A stretch of DNA of 32,000 bases from contig JBJLBP010000001.1 of the NCBI GenBank assembly GCA_045568075.1, positions 1,260,001-1,292,000 on the forward strand, in the 5' to 3' direction. The position numbers were made by a program, and so were the translations under genes. Every line of letters begins with the position of its first letter. Positions within the stretch are counted from its first letter, which is position 1. The stretch comes from Candidatus Thalassarchaeaceae archaeon. GTDB taxonomy: Archaea; Thermoplasmatota; Poseidoniia; Poseidoniales; Thalassarchaeaceae. This document shows, in pieces, positions 29,549 through 32,000 of the stretch. The notes beneath the pieces were generated by a model. It ran no database searches. It was not told the DNA's origin and saw only the letters and a list, made by a program, of their open reading frames with translations.

Positions 29549-32000
29549 TCAATCGTCATGATGCCCGGCCCAGGCCGCCTCAGCGTGCAAGGTCTTCGAC
29601 TTCACAGGGGAAATCTTGCGATAGACATTGTATGGGCTTTGGCGCTCTCCACCAACCGTCAACAACCGCTCGAGTGGAATGTCGAAGTGCTCCTCATTGC
29701 GCAGTAAGAGTGGCTCAATAACCTCCCAATCGGCCTCGGTCAGCTCGGTGAACTCACCACCGTTCAATTGCGAAGAAGACAGCCTATCGTGCGGGTCGCG
29801 AACATAGATTGCTCCGCCACTCGACAATGAAAACAGATTGCTACCCGGATACGGAGTCTCGAGAGCACTCATGCTTCCATCGAGTCCAAACTTCAGGCCG
29901 TTGATGATGACGAAGCCACCTCCATCAAGCGGATCTCCGGCCATGAATGATTCAGCCAAGTAATCCAGCGCAGTGCCGTTGATGACCAAACGTGGTCCAC
30001 CCACGGAATTGATCATTGGACGCCCCGCAGCATTACCGAGAACAAACATCTCTCCACCCTTCGATCCGTAGCCGTAGCACTGACCAACATCACCGTGAAT
30101 AACCAACTCGCCAGACTTGTGAATCTGAGCAATTTGGTCTTGACCATTACCATGCATGTGAATTGTCATGCCATCATTACCACTTCCGAGATAATCTCCG
30201 GCCGCGCCCAAAACGTCGATTCTCACATCGCTCGTAGACGGACCGAAACCGTTTCCAATGAATCGGTGACCTTGGCAGTTGATGACGACGAATCGCTTCC
30301 AGCCCATTCGGTGGAGAGCCACGAGTTCTAGGGCTAGCGATTCAACTCCTTCGATTGGATATGGGCGAGCGTCGACGACAATCGCTTGTGATGCGCTCGC
30401 TGGTTCCGGCCTGTGGCCGAGCGTTTTCTGTCCATTATATGCATCGCACGGATTGACTGAGGAAGATGCCACCGTGCGAATCAAGGCTGCCTCAACGAGG
30501 TCCTTCCAGACCGATTCGCGTAAGCTGCCGCAATCGTAGCGGCGATCGAGTAGTAAAGTCAGAGTATCCCAAACCCAAGTTCGACCCTTGTCGCCAGATG
30601 CGTTCTCGATCGATTCTAGACAGGCTCGAGCCTCAGACCAATCCATCGATGACAGCCCTGCAACCAGCCCATCGAAAGTGGACCGAGGCGTATCGAGAGT
30701 GAATGCATACTCGCCAGTTGGCATGAGTTTGTAATCGCCCTCTGGAGTAGTGTTGACAATTGCACCGAACTTGTCACGCATCTCCAAAGTCTTGCTTCCG
30801 TCAGCGTTCGGTGTAACATCGAACATGAATGCGCCACCATCAGTATATGACCCACCGCGCGCATTCCAATATTCATCAGCGCGACGCCAAAATCGAGTGT
30901 CTTCGGAGGCAAGCGACTCGAGAACTGCATCGATAACCTGCTTCTCGGAACCGCAGAATGCAATTCCAACATCGCCGCGCTGGTAAGCGAAAACCTGCGG
31001 GCGCAGCATCGATGTGTCAGTAATTCCAAGCAATCGATGAGTAGGGCCATCGGATTGTGCGATGATGAAGAACCATGGACCATCGGGAGATCCGTGAATA
31101 TGCGTCTTCTGAATCGCCTCGTAAACCACTTGCTTCTCCTTTGGAAGCATGATGAAGTCGAGTTCGCTGGTCGGTGCTAAGCTCTCAATCACATGTTCAA
31201 GCGTATACCCGTAGACTCGGCGATGTAGATCGAAAGCCAGCGCAGCGACCTCGGTATCGGTGAAGAAAAGTGGTTCCATCCCTCGCTGACCGAGGTAATC
31301 TTTCACCGATACATAATTCGAGAAATCTCCGTTGTGAACAAGCGCGCAATCGATTCCCTGACCGAAGGGGTGTGCCCCACCAGGGTGCGTGACTCTGCCG
31401 CGCGTAGGGTAGCGATGGTGACCTATCCAAACATGTGCAGTCATATCGTCGAGCTGATAGTAGCGGATGACATCCTCTGCATATCCAACGATTTTCAAAA
31501 TTAAAATATCCCGACCATGGCTCAAAACAAACGCGTCCGTTCGCCCGTCCTTAGCGTAAAATTCGACATTCAGTGAATGAGTGGTGTGGAAGGTGTATTC
31601 CTCTTCGACCGCGGCTCGGTCAGCCGCGTCGACAACTACTGATAGTTGGTTTTCGATGAATTCGTCCACTTTGTCTGCCCTCGGTGTGACGAAGTAGCAG
31701 ACTACAGAGGGAGGTTGAACTTCGAGTGCTGGCAGGTCTTGTTGCCAAGTTGGGAGAGTGGCCATCTCGTGCGTATGATGGAGATCATAGGCTTCTTCGA
31801 TGAGTGCTTCAACTCCCGACCGCACCTCGTTGTTGAGGTAAGCGACCGCGTAGAGGTAAGTCGAATCGAGGGTTGTGCGGTCGGTACCGAATTGATCTGG
31901 ATCGAGGCCGACCATCGCGACTCCGCCGCCCTTGCCGTTACCTCGGTTACGCATCTGTTCGAGTGAGTCGAATAGGTGGCGTCCAGCGACTGGTATTTCG
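29549..32000 (-). CDS. Class-II (Ntn) glutamine amidotransferase - GXGXG domain fusion, glutamate-synthase-related (partial; N-terminus beyond the right window edge)
   Basis: The amidotransferase part contains GHHRYPTRGRVTHPGGAHPF and ALVHNGDFSNYVSVKDYLGQRG...FTDTEVAALAFD. The C-terminal GXGXG beta-helix repeats are GNGFGPS...LGAAGDYLGSGNDGMTIHMHGNGQDQIAQ...IHGDVGQCYGYGSKGGEMFVLGNAAG. The frame stays open from the track ATG (31954) up to position 32000 (..EIPVAGRHLFDSLEQMRNRGNGKGGGVAM), so the catalytic Cys1 region is outside the window. Confidence 0.8.
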   Translation of the reverse strand, partial: EIPVAGRHLFDSLEQMRNRGNGKGGGVAMVGLDPDQFGTDRTTLDSTYLYAVAYLNNEVRSGVEALIEEAYDLHHTHEMATLPTWQQDLPALEVQPPSVVCYFVTPRADKVDEFIENQLSVVVDAADRAAVEEEYTFHTTHSLNVEFYAKDGRTDAFVLSHGRDILILKIVGYAEDVIRYYQLDDMTAHVWIGHHRYPTRGRVTHPGGAHPFGQGIDCALVHNGDFSNYVSVKDYLGQRGMEPLFFTDTEVAALAFDLHRRVYGYTLEHVIESLAPTSELDFIMLPKEKQVVYEAIQKTHIHGSPDGPWFFIIAQSDGPTHRLLGITDTSMLRPQVFAYQRGDVGIAFCGSEKQVIDAVLESLASEDTRFWRRADEYWNARGGSYTDGGAFMFDVTPNADGSKTLEMRDKFGAIVNTTPEGDYKLMPTGEYAFTLDTPRSTFDGLVAGLSSMDWSEARACLESIENASGDKGRTWVWDTLTLLLDRRYDCGSLRESVWKDLVEAALIRTVASSSVNPCDAYNGQKTLGHRPEPASASQAIVVDARPYPIEGVESLALELVALHRMGWKRFVVINCQGHRFIGNGFGPSTSDVRIDVLGAAGDYLGSGNDGMTIHMHGNGQDQIAQIHKSGELVIHGDVGQCYGYGSKGGEMFVLGNAAGRPMINSVGGPRLVINGTALDYLAESFMAGDPLDGGGFVIINGLKFGLDGSMSALETPYPGSNLFSLSSGGAIYVRDPHDRLSSSQLNGGEFTELTEADWEVIEPLLLRNEEHFDIPLERLLTVGGERQSPYNVYRKISPVKSKTLHAEAAWAGHHDD

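Overview
All calls come from reading the ORF track and the raw sequence; no searches were run, and comparison sequences are quoted from memory. The window is a gene-dense archaeal chromosomal segment. Archaeal markers are the thermosome, RNase P protein Rpp29, aIF1/SUI1, Hef, an intron-containing tRNA, and GGAGG/GAGGTGA-type ribosome-binding sites. The lineage is probably euryarchaeal or Thermoplasmatota-like, possibly a marine planktonic group, but this is inference only. Layout: (1) 1-6.8 kb, minus strand, holds the large ribosomal-protein operon uL3-uL4-uL23-uL2-uS19-uL22-uS3-uL29-SUI1-Rpp29-uS17-uL14-uL24; uL24 runs off the left edge. (2) 7.07-9.73 kb, plus strand, is Hef (DEAH helicase plus ERCC4 nuclease plus HhH2). 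(3) 9.73-12.58 kb, minus strand, is a two-gene operon. It encodes a ferredoxin-flavodoxin-SdhB-like fusion and an HdrB/SdhE-like CCG protein, and nearly all expected Fe-S cysteine ligands are missing from both. This is the most unusual item in the window. (4) A thermosome subunit. (5) 14.4-28.2 kb is a run of envelope and membrane genes: a ~1200-aa type-I surface protein with a Pro/Glu tandem-repeat tail, a polytopic protein with a ribosomal-stalk-like C-terminal peptide, an anchored S8 subtilase, a 774-aa membrane protein with a CXXC-less TlpA-like domain, and a PrsW-family protease coupled to a DUF92 protein. An aminotransferase and a tRNA-Trp(CCA) gene sit among them. The tRNA's ~113-nt intron carries a complete box C/D guide RNA aimed at C34 and C39 of its own anticodon arm. 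(6) 28.2-32 kb holds a small basic zinc-ribbon protein, a eukaryote-type D-amino-acid oxidase, and a class-II amidotransferase-GXGXG (glutamate-synthase-related) fusion that runs off the right edge. I saw no CRISPR array, transposase, integrase or recognisable defence system.
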